Source: Promethearchaeota archaeon (lineage in GTDB: Archaea; Asgardarchaeota; Lokiarchaeia; Sigyniarchaeales; SOKP01). From it: a DNA stretch of 24,000 bases. The position numbers and the translations under genes were made by a program. Positions within the stretch are counted from its first letter, which is position 1; each line of letters starts with the position of its first letter. Of this stretch, positions 1 to 8,606 are shown piece by piece. A model generated the notes under the pieces. It did no database searches and was not told where the DNA came from. It worked only from the letters and a program-made list of their open reading frames with translations. The stretch is from the NCBI GenBank assembly GCA_048940925.1, contig JBHLOC010000021.1:56054-80053 (forward strand), written 5' to 3'.

Positions 1-2
1 TT

Positions 3-101
3 GAAAAACTGGGCTATAGAATTACTCCATTAAGAGAGGGATTGAAAAAAACAATTGATTGGTATATAAATTTTAATGAAAAAGAAAAAAATAAGAGCTA
101 G
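3..101 (+). CDS. 3' end of a gene truncated by the window edge; C-terminus resembles NAD-dependent sugar epimerase/dehydratase (extended SDR) enzymes
   Basis: Frame 3 is open from the window edge and reads EKLGYRITPLREGLKKTIDWYINFNEKEKNKS*, with TAG at 99-101. The LG[YW]xPxxxLxEGLxxTIxWY pattern is typical of the C-terminal helix of UDP-glucose 4-epimerase / dTDP-glucose dehydratase-type proteins. Only 32 aa are visible, so the family call is tentative. Confidence 0.45.
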   Translation, partial: EKLGYRITPLREGLKKTIDWYINFNEKEKNKS

Positions 102-112
102 ATATTTAAAAA

Positions 113-592
113 ATGGTGGAAGAAAAATTAACATCTCGAATTATCGATGTAAAGGCTTATAAAACAGAAATAACAAGGAAATACACCAAATTTTTATCAA
201 AATATCCTGAAATTTTTTCTGATTTAATATCAGGATCAAATTTTGATTTTGCAATTTACGATTCAATTGAAGATTATGATGATCATTCTCCTATAGACAT
301 TTTTAATGTTTTTCGTAATACACAAGGAATTGAAATTAAACCTGGAAAAGCACATGATTCTGATTTGGAATTAGCGCTTTCGACGGAAGCAGTTAAAAAA
401 TTAATACAGACAAACACGAAAAAGGAATACGCAGAACTTCTTGGATCTTTTTACAACAATCCTGATGAAAAAAAGGGATGGATTGATTTTGAATTACATA
501 AAAGAACACAAACACTAATTAATATGGGTTATGGTAAATTCGCGCGATCAGCGGGAATTCTATCCGATGAAGATGATATATATAGTCTTTAA
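113..592 (+). CDS. Small (159 aa) hypothetical protein, tentatively SCP2 (sterol-carrier-protein-2)-like fold; paralog of the 135-aa ORF at 2161-2568
   Basis: ATG-to-TAA ORF, 62 nt upstream of the co-oriented ALDH. The C-terminal half (DSDLELALSTEAVKKLIQTNTKKEYAELLGSFYNNPDEKKGWIDFELHKRTQTLINMGYGKF) follows the SCP2 pattern 'D-x-L-x-L-x-(S/T)-x-E/D-x-hydrophobic-x2-L-I-x-G...G-x-I/K-hydrophobic...L'. It aligns with little gapping to PDLILYFTENAILNLIKGNPSADEYYYRYREMMRNTKPGIKVDNKVNKPRLKLWQMGYKKW in the downstream ORF. Confidence 0.65.
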   Translation: MVEEKLTSRIIDVKAYKTEITRKYTKFLSKYPEIFSDLISGSNFDFAIYDSIEDYDDHSPIDIFNVFRNTQGIEIKPGKAHDSDLELALSTEAVKKLIQTNTKKEYAELLGSFYNNPDEKKGWIDFELHKRTQTLINMGYGKFARSAGILSDEDDIYSL

Positions 593-597
593 GATTA

Positions 598-604
598 TTT
601 TTTT
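598..604 (+). terminator. Oligo-T tract (T7) just after the stop of the 159-aa ORF; possible archaeal-type terminator or attenuating pause
   Basis: TAA at 590-592 is followed by gatta-TTTTTTT-gaaaaaa. Oligo-T tracts act as archaeal termination signals, but T-runs are common by chance in this AT-rich DNA and the next gene is co-oriented 50 nt away. Confidence 0.25.
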
Positions 605-654
605 GAAAAAATTCGTTTTAACACAATGTTAATATATAAGGGTAAGTAGAGAAA

Positions 655-2148
655 ATGTCAAAAGTAAAAGAATTACAAATTAAAAATAAATACAATGGTG
701 AAGTTATAGACACCGTACCTGCCGATACACCAGAAACAGTTCGAGAAAAAATAAAGAAAGTCCATAAACATCACTACCTTTTAAAAAAAATGGATTTTTT
801 TGAACGTGCGCAAATTCTATCAAAGTATTCAGGAAAAGTGCGTTTTAAAAAAAATAAATTAAAAGATTTAATCGTTGCGGAAGGAGGGCTCCCAATCAAA
901 TATTCTGAATGGGAACTAAGTATTGTGCTAAATGGCTTTCGCTTTTGTGATTGGTATTATCAATTCTTAGAAGAAAAATCATTAACAAGTATAGAAGGGG
1001 AGCAACTAGTCAGAATAAGATATATTCCACACGGGTTAGCTGCATGTCTTTCTCCTAGAAATACACCCATAAGTCTCCCTCTTTATCAATTGGGAGCTAA
1101 TTATTTAGTTGGAAATCCAGCTATTATGAAACCTTCTACGGCTTGTCCATTAACTATGCTAGAGGCGTTTTCTATGATGGGAGAAATGAACTTACCAGCT
1201 CTTGAAGCCTTAGATTTGGTCATAGCTCCTGGAGAATGGGCGGTGGATGAATTTCTTCAATCTCCGCTAGTAAAAACTTTGATGACGATTACATCCTCTC
1301 ATACGGCAAAGGATATCCTAGTGCGTTATGGTAAATTCTTGAAAAAAACAATTGATAGATCTATGGGAGTTGCTATGTATACTCAACCATTTAAAAATTT
1401 CTTTTTCGAATGTGCTGGAAATGATGCCGGAATAGTAATGGATGATGTAAATTTAGAACAAGTTGCTCAATGGAATGCAATGGCAAGTTATACTAATTCA
1501 GGGCAACAGTGTTTTTCTATGAAGCGAATTATAGTCCACCGAGATATATACGATGAATATATAGAATATTTAATTAAAGAAATTGAAAAGTTAAAATATG
1601 GAGATCCTACAGACCCAGATGTAGATATTGGTCCTTTAGGAAGTAGAAGAATATTGATGATGATGGAAGTAATGGTGGAAGATGTTAAGAAATACGGAGC
1701 TAAAATCTATACAGGTGCTGAAAAAATTGATACTGGTGAGGATTATGGATTGTTTTATAAGCCAACTTTAGCGGAAATCAAACCTGAATTATGCGAAGAC
1801 CTCACAAAAGCTCCTTTTTTATGGCGAGAAGAAGCTTTCGGTCCAGTTCGCTCTGTTACTAAAGCTAATGACATGAAGGACGCAATAAGGTTAGCAAATG
1901 CAAGTAACTATGGTATGAGGGCTGTAGTTTATACAACTAATTTGAATAATATTGAGATTTTTAAGAACGAATTAGAAGCTGCGAATATTTACATTAATGC
2001 AAGACCTATGCTCGTTGACATTACAGTTTCCTTAGGTGGAATTAAAGACTCTGCGTATCCCGCAGGATGTAAATATTACCCTCAGGAACTGGTTTATGGA
2101 AAGTATATTTATGATGGAACGCCATTGAATTTAGAAAAAATAAAGTAA
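655..2148 (+). CDS. Aldehyde dehydrogenase superfamily protein (divergent member)
   Basis: 497 aa. The catalytic Cys motif NSGQQCFSMKRII matches G-Q-x-C. The general-base Glu sits in FFFECAGNDAGIVM, where canonical enzymes have ELGGK. EEAFGPV matches EExFGPV, and the C-terminal PxGGxKxSG-like motif is SLGGIKDSAYP. The cofactor-loop region (ITSSHTAKDIL versus the usual FTGSTxxGxxI) is atypical. Confidence 0.9.
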   Translation: MSKVKELQIKNKYNGEVIDTVPADTPETVREKIKKVHKHHYLLKKMDFFERAQILSKYSGKVRFKKNKLKDLIVAEGGLPIKYSEWELSIVLNGFRFCDWYYQFLEEKSLTSIEGEQLVRIRYIPHGLAACLSPRNTPISLPLYQLGANYLVGNPAIMKPSTACPLTMLEAFSMMGEMNLPALEALDLVIAPGEWAVDEFLQSPLVKTLMTITSSHTAKDILVRYGKFLKKTIDRSMGVAMYTQPFKNFFFECAGNDAGIVMDDVNLEQVAQWNAMASYTNSGQQCFSMKRIIVHRDIYDEYIEYLIKEIEKLKYGDPTDPDVDIGPLGSRRILMMMEVMVEDVKKYGAKIYTGAEKIDTGEDYGLFYKPTLAEIKPELCEDLTKAPFLWREEAFGPVRSVTKANDMKDAIRLANASNYGMRAVVYTTNLNNIEIFKNELEAANIYINARPMLVDITVSLGGIKDSAYPAGCKYYPQELVYGKYIYDGTPLNLEKIK

Positions 2149-2160
2149 ACTCCACATACG

Positions 2161-2568
2161 ATGGAAGCAGAAGAACTATACAAAAAATTAAAAACCTATT
2201 TTTCTTTTAATTATGATTTAATGAGGCATCTTAATATAAACGCGTGTTGGGAGTATTATATTACAGAAAACACTACTAATGAACTAAATTTCAAGTTGCA
2301 CTACTATTTATATAAAAAAAAAGATAAAAATTTAGAAATGACAAAAATTAATCCGAATATTAAACCAGATTTGATATTATATTTCACTGAAAATGCAATT
2401 TTAAATCTAATTAAAGGGAATCCAAGTGCAGATGAGTATTATTATCGCTACCGAGAAATGATGAGAAATACTAAACCTGGAATTAAAGTGGATAATAAAG
2501 TGAATAAACCTCGATTGAAACTTTGGCAAATGGGTTATAAAAAGTGGCAATCTGAATTCAAATTTTAA
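2161..2568 (+). CDS. Small (135 aa) hypothetical protein, tentatively SCP2-like; paralog of the ORF at 113-592
   Basis: Starts 12 nt after the ALDH stop, so it is probably co-transcribed. It shares the motif series DL-L...TE-A...LI...EY...G-I/W...L...MGY-K with the 159-aa ORF (see that entry). Confidence 0.6.
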   Translation: MEAEELYKKLKTYFSFNYDLMRHLNINACWEYYITENTTNELNFKLHYYLYKKKDKNLEMTKINPNIKPDLILYFTENAILNLIKGNPSADEYYYRYREMMRNTKPGIKVDNKVNKPRLKLWQMGYKKWQSEFKF

Positions 2569-2589
2569 AATAAATGAATGGTTTGATTT

Positions 2590-4236
2590 TTAAAAAAACT
2601 TGATAAGAGACTCCAAATAATCTTTTGGTCTTTCATATCCTAATAAATTTAATAATGTTGCAGCAATATTTCCTAAAGCAGGATCTTTAATCTCATCATT
2701 AATTATGTATTCGTTATTATAACATGAGTCTATAATTGCGAACATTACAGGATTTAGAGTATGTGCTGTCTTGGATTTCATCATTTCATCCAGATTTCCA
2801 TGATCAGCTGTTAAAACAGTAACACCATTAAAAGATGCAACAGTATCAACGATTTCTTTTACACATTCGTCAACAGTTTCAGCAGCAATCATCGCAGCAC
2901 TTTTAGCACCTGTATGTCCAACCATATCACCATTTGCAAAATTAACTCTTAAAAATTTATATTTATTAGAAATAATCGCTTTGATAAGTTCGTCTCTTAC
3001 TTCATATGCTTTCATTTTGGGATGACTTTTAATTGTTTCGGAGGGATCTGATTTAATTTCTACACAATCCTCGCCCACTATTTTCATATCTCTATTTCCT
3101 CGCCAAAAGTAAGTTACATGACCATATTTATGGGTTTCAGCAATAGCATATTGTTTTACACCTTCAGTAGATAAGTAATCGGAGATTGTATTATGAATTT
3201 TTGGAGGATCTATAAAATAATTCTTTGGAATATTTAATTTATCATCATATTGTAGTAATCCATAATATTGAACATCAGGATAGTAATTTCGCTCAAATTC
3301 ACTAAAGTTTTCCTCGTCAAATGCTCTTGAAATCTGAATTGCGCGATCTCCCCGAAAATTAAAATAAATAACAGCATCATCATGTACCATTTTACCAATT
3401 GGAGTTTCTTTCTCATCCACAACAACAAAAGAAGGAAGATATTGATCTGTAATATCTGGCTGTAGATTTCTTGCTTGAATTACAGCATCTTGAGCAGATC
3501 TAAAATATCCTTTATACGATGGAAATTGCTCAGGAATTCCCTCAACATGAGCTTCCCAACCTCTTTTTACAACATCCCAATCAGAATTATATCTATCCAT
3601 GGTCACTCGCATTCTTCCTCCCCCTGAGGCGATTCTATAATCATATCCGCCATCTTCATTTATATTACTTAATTCTTGTTCTAATTCATCTATATATAAC
3701 AAAGCTGATTGAGGTGGTACATCTCGACCATCTAATAATGCATGAATTCTTACTTTTTTAACATTTGAATCTTTAGCACCCCTAATTAATCCAATTAAAT
3801 GAGAAATGTGGCTATGTACATAACCATCTGATAATAATCCTATAAAATGGAGTGTTTTTCCATTTGTAATGATCCTCTTAATAAGATTTTGCCATTTTTG
3901 CATTTTGAATAATTCTTTAGATTGAATTGCTTCTTTCGCTAATAATGCCCTTTGTTTGACAATATTGCCTGCACCGATAGCATTATGCCCTACTTCACTA
4001 TTTCCCATTTCCTTATCGGAAGGTAAACCGACAGAAGTTCCATGAGCTTTTAATTCTGTATACAATCTTAATTTAGGACATTCCTTTTGTAATTTATCTA
4101 TGAATGGAGTATCTGCTAAATAGAAAGCATTGCTTTCATCTTGCCTTCCAAGCCCAATTCCATCCATTATTATTAAAACAAGAGGCCCTTCCCTTCCAGA
4201 GAATGTTTTTAATTTTTTAAGGTGAATATCTTGCAT
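2590..4236 (-). CDS. gpmI: 2,3-bisphosphoglycerate-independent phosphoglycerate mutase (iPGM, GpmI type, long form)
   Basis: 548 aa. Motifs present: [10 protein letters not shown] (metal Asp), [14 protein letters not shown] (catalytic Ser), [79 protein letters not shown] and AHTLNPV. Together these are the full alkaline-phosphatase-superfamily iPGM signature set. Confidence 0.93.
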   Translation of the reverse strand: [548 protein letters not shown]

Positions 4237-4434
4237 TTATTCTGTACTCTTAGATACTATTCTTTTACCAAATATGATATATTATTTTTACCTTAATTAT
4301 ATATTTCTTAGAAGAGATAATCATTTTATTTATATAAGATCTTTTCAGATTTTATTATAATAAAACAAAATATTCCTTTGAAAACGTCTTTATATTGTGA
4401 TTACTATATTAACTAGTACCTAATTGATATATTC

Positions 4435-5874
4435 GTGATAATTATGAAAGATGAAGATATTTGTTATATGCCTGCTGTTAGCATACGTGATGGATTGTTA
4501 AATGGAGATTTTACCTCGCAAGAGATTACTGAACTATTTATAAATCGAATTGAGAAAATAAATCCTCTAGTAAATGCGTACTGCACACCTACTTTCGAAA
4601 TAGCTCGGGAAATGGCTAAAAAAGCTGACATAGCCTTCAAGAAAGGTGAAAAAGTAGGGAATTTAAATGGAATCCCCATAAGTATAAAAGATTTAATACA
4701 AACCAAGGGGATCTTAACAACTTATGGTTCTAGGTTGTATGAGAATTTTATTCCGGAGCAAGATGATGTAGCGGTTCAAAGATTAAAAAATGCAGGATGT
4801 GTAATTCTGGGTAAAACAAATACACCTGATTTTGGACATATTGCTCTTACTAATAATCTAATTTTTGGACAAACTAAAAATCCTTGGGATTTGGAGAAAA
4901 ATTCTGGGGGCTCCAGTGGGGGAGCTGCATCAGCAGTGGCATCTGGAATTAGTCCATTAGCTTTGGGTTCTGATGGAGGTGGCTCAATTAGAGTTCCAAG
5001 CAGTTGCTGTGGCGTTTATGGATTAAAAACTACATTTGGCCGCATCCCAAGTTATCCTCGTGAGGGAATAGCATTCTGGAATATGGATCATTATGGACCA
5101 ATTGTTAGGATTGTTGAAGATGCTGCTTTAATGTTGAATGTTATGAAAGGTCCGCATCCTTTGGATCATAATACTTTCCCAGATGATGGCACGGATTACT
5201 TAGAATCTCTCAAAGTAATACCTAAAGCCGTAAAAATTGGCTATTCCATGGATTTAGGATATGTTAAAATCATTCATGAGGAAGTTGAAAAAGCTGTTAT
5301 CGAAAGTGTTCAAAAATTTGAAAATTTTGATTGGAATGTCGAAAATATAAAAATTAAAGTAAGAAAACCAGAAAGTGCTTTCGGTGTACTAGCTAGATTA
5401 GGATATACCTATGACCATAAAAATGATTTAAATAAGCGTCCTGAAGATCTTAGTCCTGATTTAATTCAAATAATAGAAGCAGGCTTAACATTAACTGGAC
5501 TCGATGTGATAAAAGCAATAGCACAACGTCATGCGATCTATGAAACATTTCATCGATATTTCTTAGATTATGATATATTAATTACTCCAACACTACCACA
5601 CCCGTCCTTTAAAATTGAAATGGGAAAGCGAGGAACGATATTCCCAAGTGTAAAGGGAAAACCATTAAGTATAACAAGTTGGATGTGCTTTACCTATCCA
5701 TTTAATCTTACGGGTTTACCTGCGGCCTCAATTCCCTGTGGATGGACAAATGATGGATTACCTATAGGAATGCAAATTATTGGTCGTCGTTATGATGAGA
5801 AAACCGTTTTACAAGTTTCTAAAGCTTTTGAAGAAATATCTCCATGGCAAGACAAACTACCAATATTAAAATAA
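4435..5874 (+). CDS. Amidase-signature family enzyme (GatA-like amidase)
   Basis: 479 aa. The AS signature GGSSGGAASAVASGISPLALGSDGGGSIRVPSS is present with the Lys (ISIKDLI), cis-Ser (GGSS) and Ser (GGSIR) triad. The track starts at GTG 4435; the ATG at 4444 (MKDEDI...) is an equally plausible start. Confidence 0.9.
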   Translation: MIIMKDEDICYMPAVSIRDGLLNGDFTSQEITELFINRIEKINPLVNAYCTPTFEIAREMAKKADIAFKKGEKVGNLNGIPISIKDLIQTKGILTTYGSRLYENFIPEQDDVAVQRLKNAGCVILGKTNTPDFGHIALTNNLIFGQTKNPWDLEKNSGGSSGGAASAVASGISPLALGSDGGGSIRVPSSCCGVYGLKTTFGRIPSYPREGIAFWNMDHYGPIVRIVEDAALMLNVMKGPHPLDHNTFPDDGTDYLESLKVIPKAVKIGYSMDLGYVKIIHEEVEKAVIESVQKFENFDWNVENIKIKVRKPESAFGVLARLGYTYDHKNDLNKRPEDLSPDLIQIIEAGLTLTGLDVIKAIAQRHAIYETFHRYFLDYDILITPTLPHPSFKIEMGKRGTIFPSVKGKPLSITSWMCFTYPFNLTGLPAASIPCGWTNDGLPIGMQIIGRRYDEKTVLQVSKAFEEISPWQDKLPILK

Positions 5875-5878
5875 AATC

Positions 5879-5891
5879 TTTTTCCTTTTTT
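5879..5891 (+). terminator. T5-CC-T6 tract 4 nt after the amidase stop; candidate archaeal oligo-T terminator
   Basis: TAA at 5872-5874 is followed by aatc-TTTTT-CC-TTTTTT. It lies in a 31-nt convergent spacer. The AT-rich background limits confidence. Confidence 0.3.
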
Positions 5892-5905
5892 AATAAGTTA
5901 CTGAA

Positions 5906-6994
5906 TTAAAATGATTTCATATTAGAAGTAGTTATATAAGAAGAATCTCCAATTGTTATACTTTTTTTAATCAGATCTTCTAAGACAGAATAATCTCCAA
6001 TAATACTCTCAGAAGATATAATTTTTGTTAAATAAACACCATCCCCAATAACAGAATCAGAAAGAATACATTTTTCCAAAACTGCATCATCTCCAATGGA
6101 TACATTTGGACCAATAACGGAATCTGATATCCTCGTGTTGTTACCTATAATTACAGGGGGGACTATTTTTGAATCCACAATTGCGCCAGTTTGGAATAAT
6201 TTTTCATATGTAGGGTCTTGAATTTTTGTTTCAGCTAATAATAAGCGATTTCCTTCAATTAAACTTTCAGGTCTCCCAAAATCTAATATATTTCGTTCCA
6301 TTTCATTAATTTTGAGCTTAAACCCTTCTTCGATAAGCTGTTGGATAACTGGTGTTAAGTGATGTTCCTGACCATTTTCTAAAGGGATTTTACTTTGTTC
6401 TTCTAATAATTCAAATAAACGTGAAGTTATGCTCATTCCTAATAAATATGCTCCAGATACAGCATAATTAGATTTAGGTTTTTCAGGTTTTTCAACGATA
6501 CTTCTAATAATTCCTTCGTTATTCACTTCAATAACCCCATAGAATTTCGGGTTATCAACTTGTTTAACATTTATTACTCCATCACATATATCTTGGTGGA
6601 AATTGAGTAGAATCCGTGAATAATCTTCCATAGGGAGCCTATCACTTAAAAGTATGAAACAATCATCATTTTCGGCAAATTTTCTCGCTAAAAGAATCGC
6701 ATCACCTAAACCTGAAAAATATGGCGTTTCGGCACTATATCCCATCGGTTTTTGTGTTATAAACTCAATATTAAAATAATCAGAATAGTTCTTTGTGAGA
6801 TATTCAGTTATTTGTCTTTTTTTGTATCCAACAATAAAACAAATATTTGTATCTTTAGGAAATGTACTTTTCAATTTTATTAAAATATGATCTATCAACC
6901 GTTTTCCAGCGATCTTTAGAAAAGCTTTGGGCTTGGAATATGTGAAAGGTTGTAATCTCTTACCAACCCCCGCAATAGGACAAATTAACCACAT
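5906..6994 (-). CDS. Sugar-phosphate nucleotidyltransferase with C-terminal left-handed beta-helix (glucose-1-phosphate thymidylyl/uridylyltransferase-like)
   Basis: 362 aa. The N-terminus PIAGVGKRLQPFTYSKPKAFLKIAGKRLIDHIL matches the G-x-G-x-R-L-x-P-x-T-x2-x-PK NTP-transferase loop. The C-terminus carries hexapeptide repeats (IGNNTRISDSVIGPNVSIGDDAVLEKCILSDSVIGDGVYL...). Confidence 0.85.
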   Translation of the reverse strand: MWLICPIAGVGKRLQPFTYSKPKAFLKIAGKRLIDHILIKLKSTFPKDTNICFIVGYKKRQITEYLTKNYSDYFNIEFITQKPMGYSAETPYFSGLGDAILLARKFAENDDCFILLSDRLPMEDYSRILLNFHQDICDGVINVKQVDNPKFYGVIEVNNEGIIRSIVEKPEKPKSNYAVSGAYLLGMSITSRLFELLEEQSKIPLENGQEHHLTPVIQQLIEEGFKLKINEMERNILDFGRPESLIEGNRLLLAETKIQDPTYEKLFQTGAIVDSKIVPPVIIGNNTRISDSVIGPNVSIGDDAVLEKCILSDSVIGDGVYLTKIISSESIIGDYSVLEDLIKKSITIGDSSYITTSNMKSF

Positions 6995-7110
6995 TTTTGA
7001 GAATCTTTTTATGAAATTGACGAATTTTTAATGTTGAAAAATATAAAAATGGATAGAATAAAAAATATATTAATCTTTTCTTGAGAACTTAAGATATTCC
7101 ATAATTAATT

Positions 7111-7653
7111 TTATAACTTTAGTAATTTATCTAAAATTTCGTAGTATTTTGCTTCTTGTAACTTCTCTTGGATTACATTTTTTAATTTTCTTAAATAGTA
7201 ATTATCTGAATTGGTTCGCTTGGTGCCATAAATCTTCTTGTTAATAGCTATTCTTGTTTTTTCATCTAAAAATTCAGGTGAAATCTTTTTGTAGTTTTCT
7301 ATTAGTTTCTTTTTTCCCTCTTTATCATTAGATTTATTCTCAAAATCAGCTTCATATTGGATTCTTGAGTATAAATTAGTTATCCATGTCATAATCCTAT
7401 CTAAATCTCCCTTCAAATATGTTCTTTGATTTAACCAGTTTTTAAATTCAATTATTTGATTTAGAAACTCATTATTTTCAGGCGTAATATTTGATTTTTG
7501 GTTTTCTTTCTGAACCATATTTCTAATTTTCTTTTTTTTTAGTTCTTTAACTTCATCCTCAGAAAGGCTCTTAAACGCTTTTTCTCTTTTAATTCTTTCT
7601 TCTTTTGATCCTTTTTCATTAAGCCATTTATCAATTGACATACTAATTCTCAC
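7111..7653 (-). CDS. Hypothetical Lys/Glu-rich, probably all-helical protein
   Basis: 180-aa ORF with no competing ORF on either strand. It is highly charged (KEERIKREKAF..., KKKKIRNMVQKENQK, KEGKKKLIENYKK). I recognise no motif. The start could be Met1 or Met5. Confidence 0.5.
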   Translation of the reverse strand: MRISMSIDKWLNEKGSKEERIKREKAFKSLSEDEVKELKKKKIRNMVQKENQKSNITPENNEFLNQIIEFKNWLNQRTYLKGDLDRIMTWITNLYSRIQYEADFENKSNDKEGKKKLIENYKKISPEFLDEKTRIAINKKIYGTKRTNSDNYYLRKLKNVIQEKLQEAKYYEILDKLLKL

Positions 7654-7780
7654 TAATATTAAATATCCAAGTTAATAATTTGTTTTTTATTAAGTATTTA
7701 ACACAAATGAAAGTTCTTCTAGCTTGATTTTATTTTAGTTAAATTAAAATTGAGAATCGGTTTTTAATATTAATAACAAA

Positions 7781-8551
7781 ATGACGATTAAAGCAATTAT
7801 TTTTGACTTTGGTTTTACCTTGTTCCATTTTGATAATCCTTCCGTAGAGAGATATTATGAGTGTTTCAAAAAAGGATTATTAAAATCAATTGATATTTTA
7901 AAAGAACACCACGTTTGGAACGACAATTTATCGAACGAATCTTTCATTAAGAAATTTTCAAAAAAAAGAGAACATTTTTTTAGGAAAAGTATTAAAACTA
8001 AAACGGAATTTCCTACATCTCTGGTGTTCCAAAGTGTTTTAGAATTACTTAAAGAAGAAAATATTGTTAATAGCATAGAACATTTAAAAGAGAAAACTTA
8101 TAAAGAATTAGCGGAAATCTATCATTCTTGTGAAGAAGAAGAATGGGTACCCTTTGAAAATACTAGAAAAACATTAGAAAAATTAGTAGAAAAGAATTTA
8201 AAAGTAGCATTAATCTCAAATCATCCTAATCATAAAACTATAGAAAATATCTTAAAAAGGCATGATTTGTATAAATTTTTTAATTATATAACTACATCTG
8301 CAAAATTTGGGAAAAGAAAACCAGATCCCAATATCTTTCTTTATACTCTAGAAAAAATAGGATTGAAGGATCAACCAGGCTCTGTTATTATGTGTGGAGA
8401 TGAATATGCAGATATTATTGGTGCTCAAAGAGCTAATCTACAAACAATTTTATATGAAAGAAGATATAAATTCCCATTTGAAAAAGAACTCAATGTTCCA
8501 GATCTAATAAAAATTAGAGATATTTCAGAAATTATAAACTATATTGGTTGA
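7781..8551 (+). CDS. HAD-superfamily hydrolase, subfamily IA-like, with non-canonical motif I
   Basis: 256 aa. Motif I is IIFDFGFTLF (D-x-G, not D-x-D). Motif II is ALISNHPN, motif III is GKRKPDPNIF and motif IV is MCGDEYADIIGA. A cap domain lies between motifs I and II. Confidence 0.8.
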   Translation: MTIKAIIFDFGFTLFHFDNPSVERYYECFKKGLLKSIDILKEHHVWNDNLSNESFIKKFSKKREHFFRKSIKTKTEFPTSLVFQSVLELLKEENIVNSIEHLKEKTYKELAEIYHSCEEEEWVPFENTRKTLEKLVEKNLKVALISNHPNHKTIENILKRHDLYKFFNYITTSAKFGKRKPDPNIFLYTLEKIGLKDQPGSVIMCGDEYADIIGAQRANLQTILYERRYKFPFEKELNVPDLIKIRDISEIINYIG

Positions 8552-8606
8552 TCTTCATACATTTTAAGGATTGAGTAATTTGTAAATGATATTTTCCTAT
8601 TTAATG

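Noticed and set aside
3234-3761. 64-aa (minus) and 80-aa (plus) ORFs inside the phosphoglycerate mutase gene
   Set aside because: Both are fully nested in a strongly supported 548-aa CDS, either out of frame or antisense. They have hydrophobic low-complexity composition typical of shadow ORFs in AT-rich coding DNA.
7111-7653. 180-aa highly charged Lys/Glu-rich protein as a candidate chromatin, nucleic-acid-binding or coiled-coil factor
   Set aside because: I have no motif or neighbourhood evidence. Composition alone in an AT-rich genome (Lys, Asn, Ile and Glu enriched everywhere) cannot support a functional claim. It is kept as hypothetical.
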